DNA of 50,115 nucleotides, filler included, from Catajapyx aquilonaris (GCA_000934665.2; 2 parts of 2 records of this genome joined end to end with filler, not necessarily neighbours in it); one strand, 5' to 3'; counted from the first letter of the whole stretch, positions 39,201 to 49,882 are shown. The notes: generated from the sequence alone by a model not told the origin. Program-made: numbers and translations.

Positions 39201-41723
39201 TCTGTACCCAGTGTAGGTAGTCTGCAATGGCCTTAACATTCTGATGTGCTCCATGGATCCTTTAAAATGTAACCTGAACTCTCATGAACTAAACTTGGGT
39301 TTGTTGGGGATTCATAAAATACCTTACTTTTATACAGTAGAGCCTCAATTACCCAAACTTATTTCCTGGACATCCTTGTAAGGTCATTTATCCCAATTAT
39401 TTACAAAGTTCTACTATACATGCAGGCATGCTGCATATTTTTCCTGTCACTCCCACAGGTGTTGTGCCTATCAGTGAGTCACACAAACACTGTTATGGGC
39501 ATAGCTTCTGTACAGATTAACATGTTTAAACTAATCTTGCACTTCCTGCAATACACAATTCCCCCCACTCGCTATGCCCAGCTTTCATATTACCCTGATA
39601 TTCCCCATTTCATTTAGAATTGATAATTATTGCGCCTCTACTGTAAACGAGACTCAAATCCACTGTTGAATGCATACAATGTTCCTCCCACCTAATCCTT
39701 CTTAACACAATTCTAACAAAGCTACATTAGATCAAGCGAATCTCGGCTCTACAGGGTTAATGACACCTGGAGGTCAAACACATGACAGCAGCTGGCAACT
39801 CAAGCCCTGGTTGAAAGTCCCAATAGTACTCTCAACCATGCATGTTTGAGACGCCCGGCATTTTTCTCTCTCTGATCTATGCCTGCATGTCTCTTTTCCC
39901 AAAACACTGCTGAATCCCCCTCATCGCCCTAGCAGTCCGGTCTTACTTTTCAGCGGCCCATGTTCGCCACCTCGGCGCCGGCTCGCTGCTTCGCCTGCCC
40001 CTCCAGACATCACTGCCCCTGGGCATCCCTCTCGCTTTCTCTACTGTAACCCTGAAAAGGCCCAAGGAGAAGGAAAAATGGGGGTAGTTGGGATTGCATG
40101 GTAGGTCAAGTTATGGGTGTCAGGGGGGGCAGGATAAAAAAGGAGAGGGAAGAGGGAACAGAGTGTTAGTCCGAAACTCTCCTCCCTGACGTTCTTACTT
40201 GTCCATCCACGAAGCTAAACGGCGTGCAGACCCAAAGTTTCCTCCTCTGTCGCCTCCACCACTCCCTCCGCCTCCGCCACCACCTCCTCCTCCTCCTCTC
40301 TCTCCTCCACCACTTCCTCCGCCATAGCCGCCGCCATAGCCACCCCTCCGGGCTGTGCCCCGGGCATGTTCCACTACCACTCTGCAACGGGCGCAACAAA
40401 AAGAAAGACAAAAACAGGGAGATAAAAGAGGGGGTGATGGCTGGCTCTGGCTGTGTTTTCTTTCTCCCCTCTTCCCTTCCTCTTCCCAAACATGATCATA
40501 CACGAAAAAATCATGAAATTCTCCATCATTCACTGTCTTGAGCATCAGGTGAATAATAATTCCTGATTTAGGTGGAGCGACACGTAAGGAAAAGAGGCAG
40601 AAAGAGGAAAGATGTGAATCCCACACCACATTGTCAGCAGATTGGGTACAGAGTATTCTGTGACATTGAGATCACCCACGACAATCTTTTACCCATTTGC
40701 CAAATGAACTTGAAACAGAACATTGTCAACAAATAATTCTTCCTAGATATTGTGTACTAGTGATCAAAAGACGATTTTGCACTGAAGCGAAATTCAATAT
40801 TATTTCAATCGTTTTGAGTGATAATAGTACTAAGAAATTTTATGAAACAATTTAGCATGGCTGCTCAGAGAGTAAGGCTGTCCTCAGATGAGAAATCAGA
40901 CCCGAAAGATGGTTACCATCATTGCAACCATCAATATACGTGCCAACTGACTTTAAAAAATCACACAAATGAATCGCCAATTCATGCCCTACCTTTCGCC
41001 CAGAAGCTCCTTGCCATTTAGCTCATATACAGCATCGTCGGCATCCCTGTAGTCATCGAACTCCTGTGGAATAGAGGAACTTTGTGCATCTCCTTCATTT
41101 TTAAATCGCACAATTCTAAAAGGACAATCCCTGGCTAATGAAATCCCAGTTTGGTTGCTCAGAACGCGTCAGGACATGAAATACTTTCCACAAGTTTAAG
41201 ATTCAGTCTCGAAAGAGCTCATCACGGCAACCTATTTCCACACCTCAGAAGATTAACTGTACTTCATACAAAATTTACAGGAGGATCACCATCCAATCAA
41301 AAACCTTTCCCCTCTTCTAGCATCTGAGTTGTGAAAAAACTTCCCCCCAAGTCTGTACTTACAACAAAACCATAACCATTCTTGATGAGAACGTCTCGAA
41401 TGCGCCCATATCCCTTGAAAAAACGTTCCAGGTCTTTTTCCCTCACTCCATATGGAAGGCCTCCAATATACACCCTTGTCCCTACCATTTCGTTGCTGCA
41501 ACAAGTTTGAGGTGGTAAGGAAAGGAACTTAGGTCAGGGCTGGGGAGGACAGAGAGAAAAAAAAGAGAGGACAAATTAGTATCCCAGTGTTTGCACTTAC
41601 CACAAATCCATATCCATTCTTCAGCGAGATTTCCATGATTCTACCATATCTGCGGAAGAACTTCTCAACGTCCCGTTCGCGCACCCGCTTACTTAAGCCA
41701 CCAACGTAAACTCTGGTTCCCAT
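31613..41723 (-). CDS. B52: SR splicing factor B52/SRp55 (SRSF4/5/6 family), multi-exon: RRM1, linker, RRM2 (SWQDLKD), RS domain
   Basis: Manually spliced GT-AG exons: 41723-41601 or 41488-41363; 41063-40993; 40381-40199 or 40051-39947; 37284-37215; 35072-34999; 33255-33052; 32971(or 32980)-32675; 31712-31613 (TAA). The 41488+40381 isoform totals 1125 nt (374 aa) in frame. Motifs [72 protein letters not shown] closely match recalled Drosophila B52. Confidence 0.96.
32675..32971 (-). CDS. B52: B52 RS/RD-rich exon
   Basis: Open RS/RD repeat frame; two in-frame acceptors 9 nt apart (32980, 32971); donor AG|gtcagt. Confidence 0.9.
33052..33255 (-). CDS. B52: B52 exon, RRM2 end and RS start ([32 protein letters not shown]...RSRS)
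   Basis: gacag|G GTG...AG|gtaagt, 204 nt. Confidence 0.95.
33460..33690. mobile_element. PIF/Harbinger-like MITE in B52 intron
   Basis: GGGGCCGTACACATATTACGTCATC / GATGACGTAATATGTGTAAGGCCCC. Confidence 0.7.
33751..34271. mobile_element. hAT-like MITE in B52 intron
   Basis: AGGGCTATTCAACT / AGTTGAATAGCCCT; flanking 8-mer CCACTATA on both sides. Confidence 0.7.
34280..34664. mobile_element. Tc1/mariner-type MITE in B52 intron
   Basis: TA-CAGGGT...ACCCTG-TA; ~115-bp TIRs. Confidence 0.8.
34999..35072 (-). CDS. B52: B52 exon, RRM2 ([25 protein letters not shown])
   Basis: ttcttgccaaag|GAC...GG|gtacgt, 74 nt. Confidence 0.95.
37215..37284 (-). CDS. B52: B52 exon, RRM2 start ([23 protein letters not shown])
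   Basis: ctgtag|G...CAG|gtatgt, 70 nt. Confidence 0.95.
37526..37750. mobile_element. Foldback MITE in B52 intron
   Basis: ~85-bp imperfect inverted arms. Confidence 0.7.
39947..40051 (-). CDS. B52: B52 alternative RRM1-end/linker exon B ([35 protein letters not shown])
   Basis: ttttcag|G GTT ACA GTA GAG AAA GCG AGA GGG...GAA AA|gtaaga, 105 nt, phase 2 to 2; homologous start and end to exon A. Not in the ORF track. Confidence 0.88.
40199..40381 (-). CDS. B52: B52 alternative RRM1-end/linker exon A ([18 protein letters not shown]...WMDK), Gly-rich
   Basis: ttgcag|A GTG...AA|gtaaga, 183 nt, phase 2 to 2. Confidence 0.92.
40857..40931 (-). ncRNA. SNORD2: Box C/D snoRNA, SNORD2/snR39B-like, copy 1 (B52 intron)
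   Basis: Minus strand: stem ATGGTTGC, C box ATGATGG, guide ACCATCTTTCGGGT then D' CTGA, D box CTGA, stem GCAGCCAT. The guide is complementary to the conserved 28S rRNA ACCCGAAAGAUGGU; the layout matches recalled human SNORD2. Confidence 0.88.
40993..41063 (-). CDS. B52: B52 constitutive RRM1 exon ([24 protein letters not shown])
   Basis: cag|GAG...AG|gtaggg, 71 nt, phase 0 to 2. Confidence 0.95.
41153..41232 (-). ncRNA. Box C/D snoRNA candidate (possibly SNORD96-like)
   Basis: Minus strand: GGTTGC stem, perfect C box GTGATGA, D' CTGA, D CTGA, GCAACC stem; about 90 nt upstream of the 41063 acceptor. The D guide CATGTCCTGACGCGTT partly resembles the recalled SNORD96 5.8S guide. Confidence 0.7.
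41363..41488 (-). CDS. B52: B52 alternative first coding exon B ([42 protein letters not shown])
   Basis: Own acceptor (cttgttgcag|caacgaaATG) and phase-0 GTAAGT donor at 41362; close to the recalled canonical B52 N-terminus. Confidence 0.93.
41601..41723 (-). CDS. B52: B52 alternative first coding exon A ([41 protein letters not shown])
   Basis: Own acceptor (ttatcttcttcaag|aaATG) and phase-0 GTAAGT donor at 41600; RNP2 and RNP1 start present; 123 nt. Confidence 0.9.
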
Positions 41724-42081
41724 TTCTTGAAGAAGATAAAAGGACTCTTATCAGAAAGGGGAAAGTAGGTACTATTACACGTACGGTTTTGATTTCCATA
41801 TTTCTTGCAAAATGGGAAGCTACAGCTAACTTAAGCCTATGTTTTAAGCCTATGGTACACCAAGTGTACTTTTCCACCTAACGATAAGACTCTTTGATGC
41901 TTCTTCAAGACGTGAGTTACACAACAAAATTATCAGTTATGACCCAGATTTCCCATCTATAAAAACCTAAGAGCACTTTCTATTACTACACATTAATCTG
42001 ACCACACTATGCTTACCAGTAGGACAGTAATCTGGTAATTATGGTGTGCAACATCAACCAGTCACACACAATGACAATGTT

Positions 42082-42156
42082 ATGGTTGCTCAGCAAATGT
42101 ACTTCTCCTCAATTGAGAAATCAGACCCGAAAGATGGTTACCATCATTGCAGCCAT
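42082..42156 (-). ncRNA. SNORD2: Box C/D snoRNA, SNORD2/snR39B-like, copy 2 (B52 5' intron)
   Basis: Identical C box, guide and D' box to copy 1; diverged 3' half; terminal stem ATGGCTGC/GCAACCAT; D box at 42090-42093. Confidence 0.88.
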
Positions 42157-42664
42157 GATCATTATAAGTAGCATGCTGGCAAAACTCTAGCCAGTTTGAA
42201 AAAATAAAGGCATAGACAAACTATCCAAGTAGCAGCTCTCCAAGCGTCTATAAACTTGTTAAACGCAAGCTTAGAAAAATGCTCATTTCACACTCGCACT
42301 GGCCTTGTAGCTAACTGCCAAAGATTTTGCACAAACTTGCAATCCCAACTTTAAAGGCATAACTGAATAGGTACCGTCTAATTATTAAATAACACTGCCC
42401 AGTTTCATCCATCTAAGGGCCGCTCCACCAATGCAGCTCTGGGAGAACTGTCCTGAGCCGCAGTTCAAGTCTGAGCCATGAGAATCAGCAGCTCATCTTT
42501 GAAATGCAGATCATGTGAAAAGAGCCACCACATTGTAGCCAGGTGCAGCATTCAAATGTTTGCATTTGGACTCGTATTTGAGTATCTCCAGTTGAATCTT
42601 TCAGCTTTTAACTGAGTAGTGGTTTTTACTCATTTCACAATGTTTGCCTTAAGATTTACTAAGC

Positions 42665-43180
42665 AAAGGACATGGCACAAAATGTATGGGCCAGTGGCCT
42701 TCCATACGATTTGCCTCAACATGGGATATGTTGTAGCCCAGACAGTCCTGATCTATGTTAGATAGGGACATTTCGAGGTAGGACCTACAGGGAGCATGCT
42801 AATGACCTCCGAAGGCAATATGGGACATAGTCTGGTTTTCCGTTCGATTCGCCTGAAAATTGGATGTGTTTCAGCCCAGACCGTCCTCATCAATGTTGGA
42901 TTGAAACATTTCAAGTTAGGACGTACAGGGAGATCGCTAATGACCTCAAAAGGTAATATGGGGATTAGTAACCATAGATATCGGAATACTATTAAGTACT
43001 AGTATTCCGATATCTATGGTAGTAACTACTCCCCATATTATATTAGCATGCTCCCTGTAGGTCCTACCTCGAAATGTCCCCATCTAACATTGATCAGGAC
43101 AGTCTGGGCTACAACATGTCCCATTTTCAGGCAAATCGAACGGAAGGCCACTGGCCCATACATTTTGTGCCACGTCCTTT
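42665..43180. mobile_element. Foldback MITE with ~140-bp TIRs and a central 21-bp perfect hairpin
   Basis: 42665-42805 is the reverse complement of ~43041-43180; hairpin at 42971-43020. Confidence 0.78.
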
Positions 43181-45637
43181 TGTGTGTCACTTCATTTTTA
43201 ACCAGAAAAACTACTTGAAAGCAACTTGATTCTCAATTCGTACGAGCGGAGAAACAGATGGAATGGCAGGACTGAAATTATGCTGATCCTTAACGTAACT
43301 TCATTCTAGACTGCAGTGAGGCGTGATTCGAGCTGCTTTGGTGGGAACAGCAGTGACACATTTACTAAGGTTTCCATTCCCTGTTAATTTGTGGTAAACA
43401 ATTTACCTCATTATACATGTGTGTAAGAATTTATATGTAGTGGTACCAAGGTACAAATGAATGCACACTTGAAATCTAACATCTTTTGACATGAGTACAT
43501 AAATCCATGTTATCAAAATTGCTGTATGGTAAATGACAGTGGGATTGGCCTAATGGTGTCGAGAGAGTATTAAATTGCCATTATTCTTCTAGGCACCAAG
43601 CACAAAAACTTGCAGAAATCCATCTCATGCTTGCACATACAGCTTAAAATTTTCCATTATAAACAACAAATTTTAAACTGTCAAGTCCAACATACTTCAT
43701 TCTCAAATGTAAATGCAGAAATAATCCAAGAGTAATTGTAACTCCCCCCCCCCCTCCCCCCATACACAATCTGAAAGATTTTAGTAAGAATGCTACCATG
43801 CTGCTTAGTACTGAGACGACGTTCATTTAGTGGAAGATGAGGCAACTAAGCCCATGAGGATGTCAAGAGAGCAGTAGGTGAGAGGTCAAAGGAGAGAAAT
43901 GGTCCAAGACGGGGACCATGGCAACTAAGGTCATATTGCATGTGAGGAAAGAGACACAAGGCATGGATAGTTGGATCTCTCTTCCTCTGACCCTACATCT
44001 GCCTGGCTTGAGACATACTACCTACCATCACCTACTGTTACCACAACAATAGATATTGGGAGTTGTCAGAGAACATGTGGTATTGTCAAATATACCATGA
44101 TTTCCAACTGAAGTTGTGGTCAGAAATTTTTTGGCACACAAGTCATTTATTAAGCAGTTATTTTTAGTGGTTAAAAGGATCACATGCTAATATTAGGTTG
44201 CACTGACCAATCCTTTTTAAATTGGGGGACCTAGGCTGCAAAAAATTGACTGCCACTGACATTCGATGCCATTTTTTTTTTAACTCGGACAATTCCCAAT
44301 CAGAAATCCACTGCAATTCAGAGCTTAGCCAGACAATTCACTTCAGCCCAATATTAGCAGCTAATACTTATGATCACCCCTAAAACTACTCAAAACCACT
44401 TAACTTCGTAGACTGCACCAGATCACATGTAGATCTGTCAGATTCAAAGGATGCTCCTCATTGTTTACTAATAATTCCCTACTATTAGTGACACCCATTA
44501 TCCAAGATTTTAATGTATCCAACTTGACAATCCCCTTGATAAGGTGATTGTGTTTACTCAGTGCTCAAATTTCTGGTCCTGCCGCTTTAGGTACCACCTC
44601 TCGCAATTTCACATCCACGTTACGATACCGAGCAATATTGTGGCGCTGTAAGTGAAATAAAGTTCTCTCCTCCACGAAACAACCATTTTCCTCAGCTGAT
44701 ACCCACATTGAAACTAGCCGTCCATTTTCGCGCAGTGGCACGGCTCTGGAAGCTTTTCAGGTGGCCAGCTCTACTGTAATGTATGCACCACAAATTTTAA
44801 GGGGACCTACCTACCCTCACTTCCAGGATTCCTTCACAAGCGAGCCATTTTACTGACTCACACAGGGTTGTGCGTGGGGATCGATACTACATACAATGTA
44901 AAGTATGCTAACTACTCTAAATTATGCCGGATATTTAATCATATTACTGTATCTTTGTAAGTGGTGGTATAACAGTCAATGACAATGGGGAAAACATCAT
45001 ACTCCCACAACTGCCTTTGCACTGAGTTCTTGTCACTCACCATTCTTCAGTGCCAAATGGTACAAGACACCTGAGAAGTCTGCTGTACATTCTACCGGAA
45101 GTGCAGACTTCCATTGGCCCAAAATCTACTGCACACTAAAAATCATGCAACTTCACTAGCACTGACTGCAGGGCCCACAAGTGTAATACAGTGAAACAGA
45201 CCTATAGCAAATCATGCTTAATTTGGAAGCAGATGGCTCCTTCATGAAGGAAAATATTTAGTAAAATGAAATTAATGTGGCATGCAAAGCCACTTCACAA
45301 CTTCAGGAAAACTGGACTGGGGTGAAAATAGTGCACAGTCGAGAGATTTTTGCTGTTCTAACAAGTTCAGATTTCAAGATGTGTACAGAATTGGGGCAAA
45401 AAATTCCAAGACATGATAGATTTGCTTTCCATTGCCCATAGTGGAAGCTTGTCTTACTGGAATAAAAATTCACATAATGGAGTGTTTTGTATACACAGGT
45501 TTCACTGTAGTAGTAATGAGAACTTACCATCAATGAACACACTTTATTCCAGCCCCCTGACATTCCTCTCATACGGTAGTGTAATTTCTGTGTCCCATCC
45601 AGCCCCCAGACACTTATACTACATTCTGATCTTATCG

Positions 45638-45927
45638 CCTGCCAGGGCGTTTTGCAGGAGGTGCTCACCTTAGAGTGCCATGAGACCTTTCAGAGCACTG
45701 GTATGTGGCGACCCTACCGGACTACGCTGAACTTTATAGGTACAAAAGGGAAGCGCTACATGTGGGCCCAACATGGCCGCCGGTGACCATGTTGGATCCC
45801 CCAATGTAGCCCTTCCCTTTTGTACCTATAAAGTTCAGCGTAGTCCGGTAGGGTCGCCACATACCAGTGCTCTGAAAGGTCTCATGACGCTCTCAGGTGA
45901 GCACCTCCTGCAATGCGCCCTGGCAGG
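45638..45927. repeat. ~290-bp near-perfect palindrome (foldback element)
   Basis: Arms pair almost to the centre (~45780). The core ATGTGGCGACCCTACCGGACTA recurs at 24949-24970. Confidence 0.85.
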
Positions 45928-46114
45928 GGGTAGATGGGAGTGACCAGACCAGAGTATTCTATGACCATGGTCCCATCGTTCGCTAAGCTGCCATCTTGAT
46001 CAAGGTGCAACTCGGGTGGTAGGTAGCGGGCGAGTCTGCCGCGACGCTCATCTTTCTTTGCTTCTGCAGAGGCGCTGACTTACCACTTGAGTGCACCTCG
46101 AACAAGATGGCGGT

Positions 46115-46430
46115 ATTTTTTTATATATTATGTAACTTACCCCGTGATGGGCCACATTTGACACGTTTGGGGGAACCTTTTTTTTTTTTCAGGTTATAAC
46201 TGACTCGAACAATTTTTACGAATCGCCCTGGTCAGAGAGAAGGGTGACTGGGAGGGGATGTGCAATGTCTCAATCGGTACATTTTGTGAACTCCCCCAGG
46301 TGGATTAGTCTGTCAGAGATTCCACCTGAGACGACCCAACTCTGCACGAGATGAAGGGGGCAGACCCTGGGCTGGGATCAAACCCGGGACCCTTCCATCC
46401 GTGGGTGCATATGTTACCGCAGTGCCACTT
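46115..46430 (-). mobile_element. SINE family B, copy 3 (B52 5' intron)
   Basis: Reverse-complement match to the family B head; imperfect TSD AAGATGGYGGT. Confidence 0.8.
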
Positions 46431-47185
46431 AAGATGGTGGTGTAGCGACGCAAGAGCCAAAATCCGGGCTGGCGGAGACACAGGAATTAAACTACCGTAT
46501 CCATACAGCTAGGTGGAAAATGACAGGGAGCTGCTTCATTCTATCAGAAATTGGGTAAGGCAGCGAATCGTGGCAGGGGGATATTGGTGATTGTCTGCTT
46601 TCACTTATATGATAACCAAAAATCCGTAGGATTTAATAGGAAAATTACTAGTGTGTCGCGCAGTCCCTAAGCTAAGGACTATGCTCTCAATAGTCTTAAG
46701 CCAAAGATGTACCGGAAAGGCAATTCAGTTGGAGAAAATCAGGCGTAAGTGACTCAAAGACTGTTGGTTTCATACGCAGCAGCCATGTTTCCTGAGACAT
46801 CAGGCAGGTACTGGCAGCACTGATGTGAAAGGGGAATAGTGATAAATGATTCAGGACTATTGCACGACACTAGGAACCGTAATCACCTGCACTCCATTCA
46901 TGTATCACTATTAGATAAGGGGGGTAAGAACCCGATGGGAAGACTAGGTTAGTTAACCTACTACAGATGGTCAAGTATCATTCAATTACCATCACTTCAT
47001 AGCAACCCCGGGTGATTCACAACATGGCCGACTGGCAGTGGTGCATGTGTAAATCATCCTGAAAATAAACTAGCCCTATTCTGCCATGTCATTGCCTTTC
47101 CAACATCTCAGGCTTAGGACTACGCCGGACTACGCAATACATTAGCCACCTTCCTAGTAAACTGCTTCATTTTCAGTAATCCTAA

Positions 47186-47451
47186 GGCCTGCCGCAAATG
47201 GGGCAACAAGTTGCCTTCCCACCCGCCCAGGACGGATCAGCGCATGCGCTCTCCTGTGGCAACTTGCGCGTGCAGACGGGCAACAAATTTCTTGCAATTA
47301 AGAAATTTGTTGCCGGTCGCCTGGTCCCGGGCGTGCAGGGTTCCAAGATGGCGCAGAAAGTGGAGTTACCGATGTAAGTTGAATATTTGGACTGAAATGG
47401 ATAGGGCGTGTTTATACAAGGAACTTGTGCGTGCCCCGTTTGCGGCAGGCC
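47186..47451. mobile_element. PIF/Harbinger MITE
   Basis: TAA TSD; TIRs GGCCTGCCGCAAA / TTTGCGGCAGGCC. Confidence 0.82.
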
Positions 47452-47967
47452 TAAGAGCAGATATTCACCGATTTAATATTGCTCTGGCCGACTTCCCCGC
47501 TCAGTGGCCTTAATGGCCTCTTCCACACGGTTTCTCAACCAGTACTACTTGGTCTCTTTGGAGCAGTCGTAAGTGGCATGGTAGCATTTTTTCTCGACTT
47601 CCAGATCCTTCCTAGCCAAACATGCAGATTTTTTGGTAAAGTCACCATGCAATTACCAACAAATTCAATAACGCTGCAGTTAATTCTTTTTGGTCAACTA
47701 TTCGGCCCTAATACAAATGCTGCAGGACCCCCATCTTTGATTACTCCACACTATGAACAGAATTTGCTTAAGGCTCCCCACACGCTTCATTCCGCCCCAC
47801 CCCGTGTGCTTCCTACAAAAATATTAACCATATTAATAAAGAGAGCTAAACAAAGGCGACATTTTCTATGCCCCAAAGCCACGCCACAAACCGGGCGAAT
47901 AACTTTACCACCCCCCAATCCCCCCCCCCTCCCCCCCAATTCCCACAAATGCACAAACCGCACTTAC

Positions 47968-48230
47968 TGTTCCGCTGGGTGTTTCGCTCAAGCCGGTGTA
48001 CAAACACAGACCCAAGCAAGGGTCTAATATGATAGCGGCCTCCCCGGCTGAGAGAGCGCAAATTTATAGGAAACCTACAATCGAACGAACACTGCTACGA
48101 AGAAGGGAGTCAGGGGGCTTCCGGCAAGCCGCTGCTTCTCAACACAAGGGATACGGGGCTCACACGACCTGGCGCACGGACAGGCACTCGCATCGAGGCT
48201 GACACACTACTTGCATGATTCATCATGGGA
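47968..48230 (-). other. Candidate non-coding first exon / TSS region of B52
   Basis: CpG-rich segment ending in a strong minus-strand donor ACA|GTAAGTG at 47967. Both ATG exons have acceptors, so an upstream exon is required. The upstream boundary is a guess. Confidence 0.4.
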
Positions 48231-48516
48231 GTCGGCAACACTGCTGAATGAACACTTTTTTCCCCTCCTCGATTTGCGTGTTACTAATCCTGAGTATAAA
48301 TTTTTATTATGAGCTAATATAATATTTTAATTTAAAATTGGAGGCAGTACGACCGTAAGATGAGATTTTGTGATGTAGCGTGCCTGGCGGTTTGTCAGCG
48401 AGCCTACATTTTCAGGTACAGGAATAGGAATGACATGATGCGCACTAAAGGCCGCGACTTATCCTGCGGGGCCTCTCCATCCATGTTACGGGGCCGGACC
48501 ACATAGCCTAGGCGAC

Positions 48517-48645
48517 CTTTGCCCGCCGATTTGAAAAGGGGCCGCGGAGCGGCCCCTTTTCAAATCGGCGGGCAAAGACGGTCTCGTATCGGCCATATAA
48601 CCAACACAGCCGGCCGCTGTGTTGGTTTTAAGGCCGATACGAGAC
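48517..48645. repeat. Tandem pair of GC-rich hairpins
   Basis: Perfect 29-bp stem with GGA loop (48517-48577), a 3-nt spacer, then a ~30-bp stem with two mismatches (48581-48645). Confidence 0.85.
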
Positions 48646-49747
48646 GGAAGTGCACCTACTCTGGCGAGAATATTCCATGTAATACCTCACTGACCTTTGA
48701 GGTGGTGCTGTGTGAAGTCTAAGGCATGTTGTTATGCAATATCGAATGATTTCTTCATAATCCGCCCTCAACCGCGATGAGGGATTAGACATCTTTGTGT
48801 GCACTGTGTAGAGACAGTGACTATTGGGCATTTTTGCGACAGAACAGAAATGAAGCCACGAATACGGCGTTATGTCACATCAATCGGATGATCAAAATCT
48901 ATAGGCTAGGCCCTACTCGGCTACTCGTATGCAATGACAACCTTAAGATTGCCCAGTGTTGCTGTTCTTTGGCATCAGATGCTCAGACTTTCAACTGTGC
49001 GTACAGTACCAGCTGCCTTTGGTATGTGGGACATGCACGGTTTATAGGGGCGCCCCCTTGGGCATTGTCATTCAGCATTCTACCAGCTATTCTCAAGCAT
49101 GTCTGTGGGATGCATATGCAACCTGACGTCATCTTTCGATTGATGAGGTGTGAGAGTAATTTTCTTTAAGTAACCTGATGAGATATCTGCAAGGCTTGAT
49201 TCGTTACCGGAATTCTCAAAATATTTATGCACGTACCCTAATTATATCAATGTTATGGAGCGCCTCACCTGCAGACATTCGTGGAGTCATGCACTAACGC
49301 AGCCAGATACAATATACTTCAATATACAATCAATTCAATATACCTTCAATATAATTATACAAGTATAGTTAGCCGGTAACTAGCCAAGGTATCCACCTGC
49401 CTCCGAGCGCTCTCACTCCAATCTCGGCTGCCAGCTCACGACAGCGACTCAAGATTCTGTGTGAAGTTCGAGTCAGTTCACTGGTCTTGCCCATAGTGTA
49501 CAGTCTTTACTGGCTAAGCATTTATTTCTCCCAGAGTATGTCGGAGCTAAGCTTTGATTTCAGATTGTCTCGCGTCCACAGGAAAACCAGCGGATCATAC
49601 TACAAGTAGGGGAGGTCGGGGTCGGTTGTAACACTTTTCAGTCAGGATTCTTTTTTGTCTGTTACATGTTCATTTACGTAAAATTGTATGACATGGTGGA
49701 AACAAGGTAACATTCCTCTCTGTAAAATTAACATTATAAATTCTTAA

Positions 49748-49882
49748 AATTAAAAATTGAGAAATTTATGAAGGTTTTTTTCAAGGCAAGGCAGAGTGTT
49801 ACAACCGACCCCATCATAGGGTCGGTTGTAACACTCTGCCTTGCCTTGGAAAAAACCTTCATAAATCTCTCAATTTTTAATT
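49748..49882. repeat. ~64-bp-arm hairpin inside a degenerate DNA-transposon end (GGGTCGGTTGTAACAC repeats)
   Basis: Inverted arms around a 7-nt loop; related motif at 49618-49635 and ~49895-49932. Confidence 0.75.

Noticed and set aside
42290..44780. Possible H/ACA or further C/D snoRNAs in the B52 5' intron
   Set aside because: ACA-ending hairpin-like segments exist, but I could not establish H boxes or guides by eye; needs cmscan/snoReport.
47479..48027. 182-aa plus-strand ORF
   Set aside because: Non-ATG start, no recognisable domain, low-complexity composition, and antisense to the B52 5' region.
48110..48226. Box C/D snoRNA (ATGATGA...CTGA on the minus strand)
   Set aside because: No terminal stem or recognisable guide; it more likely lies in the first exon region.
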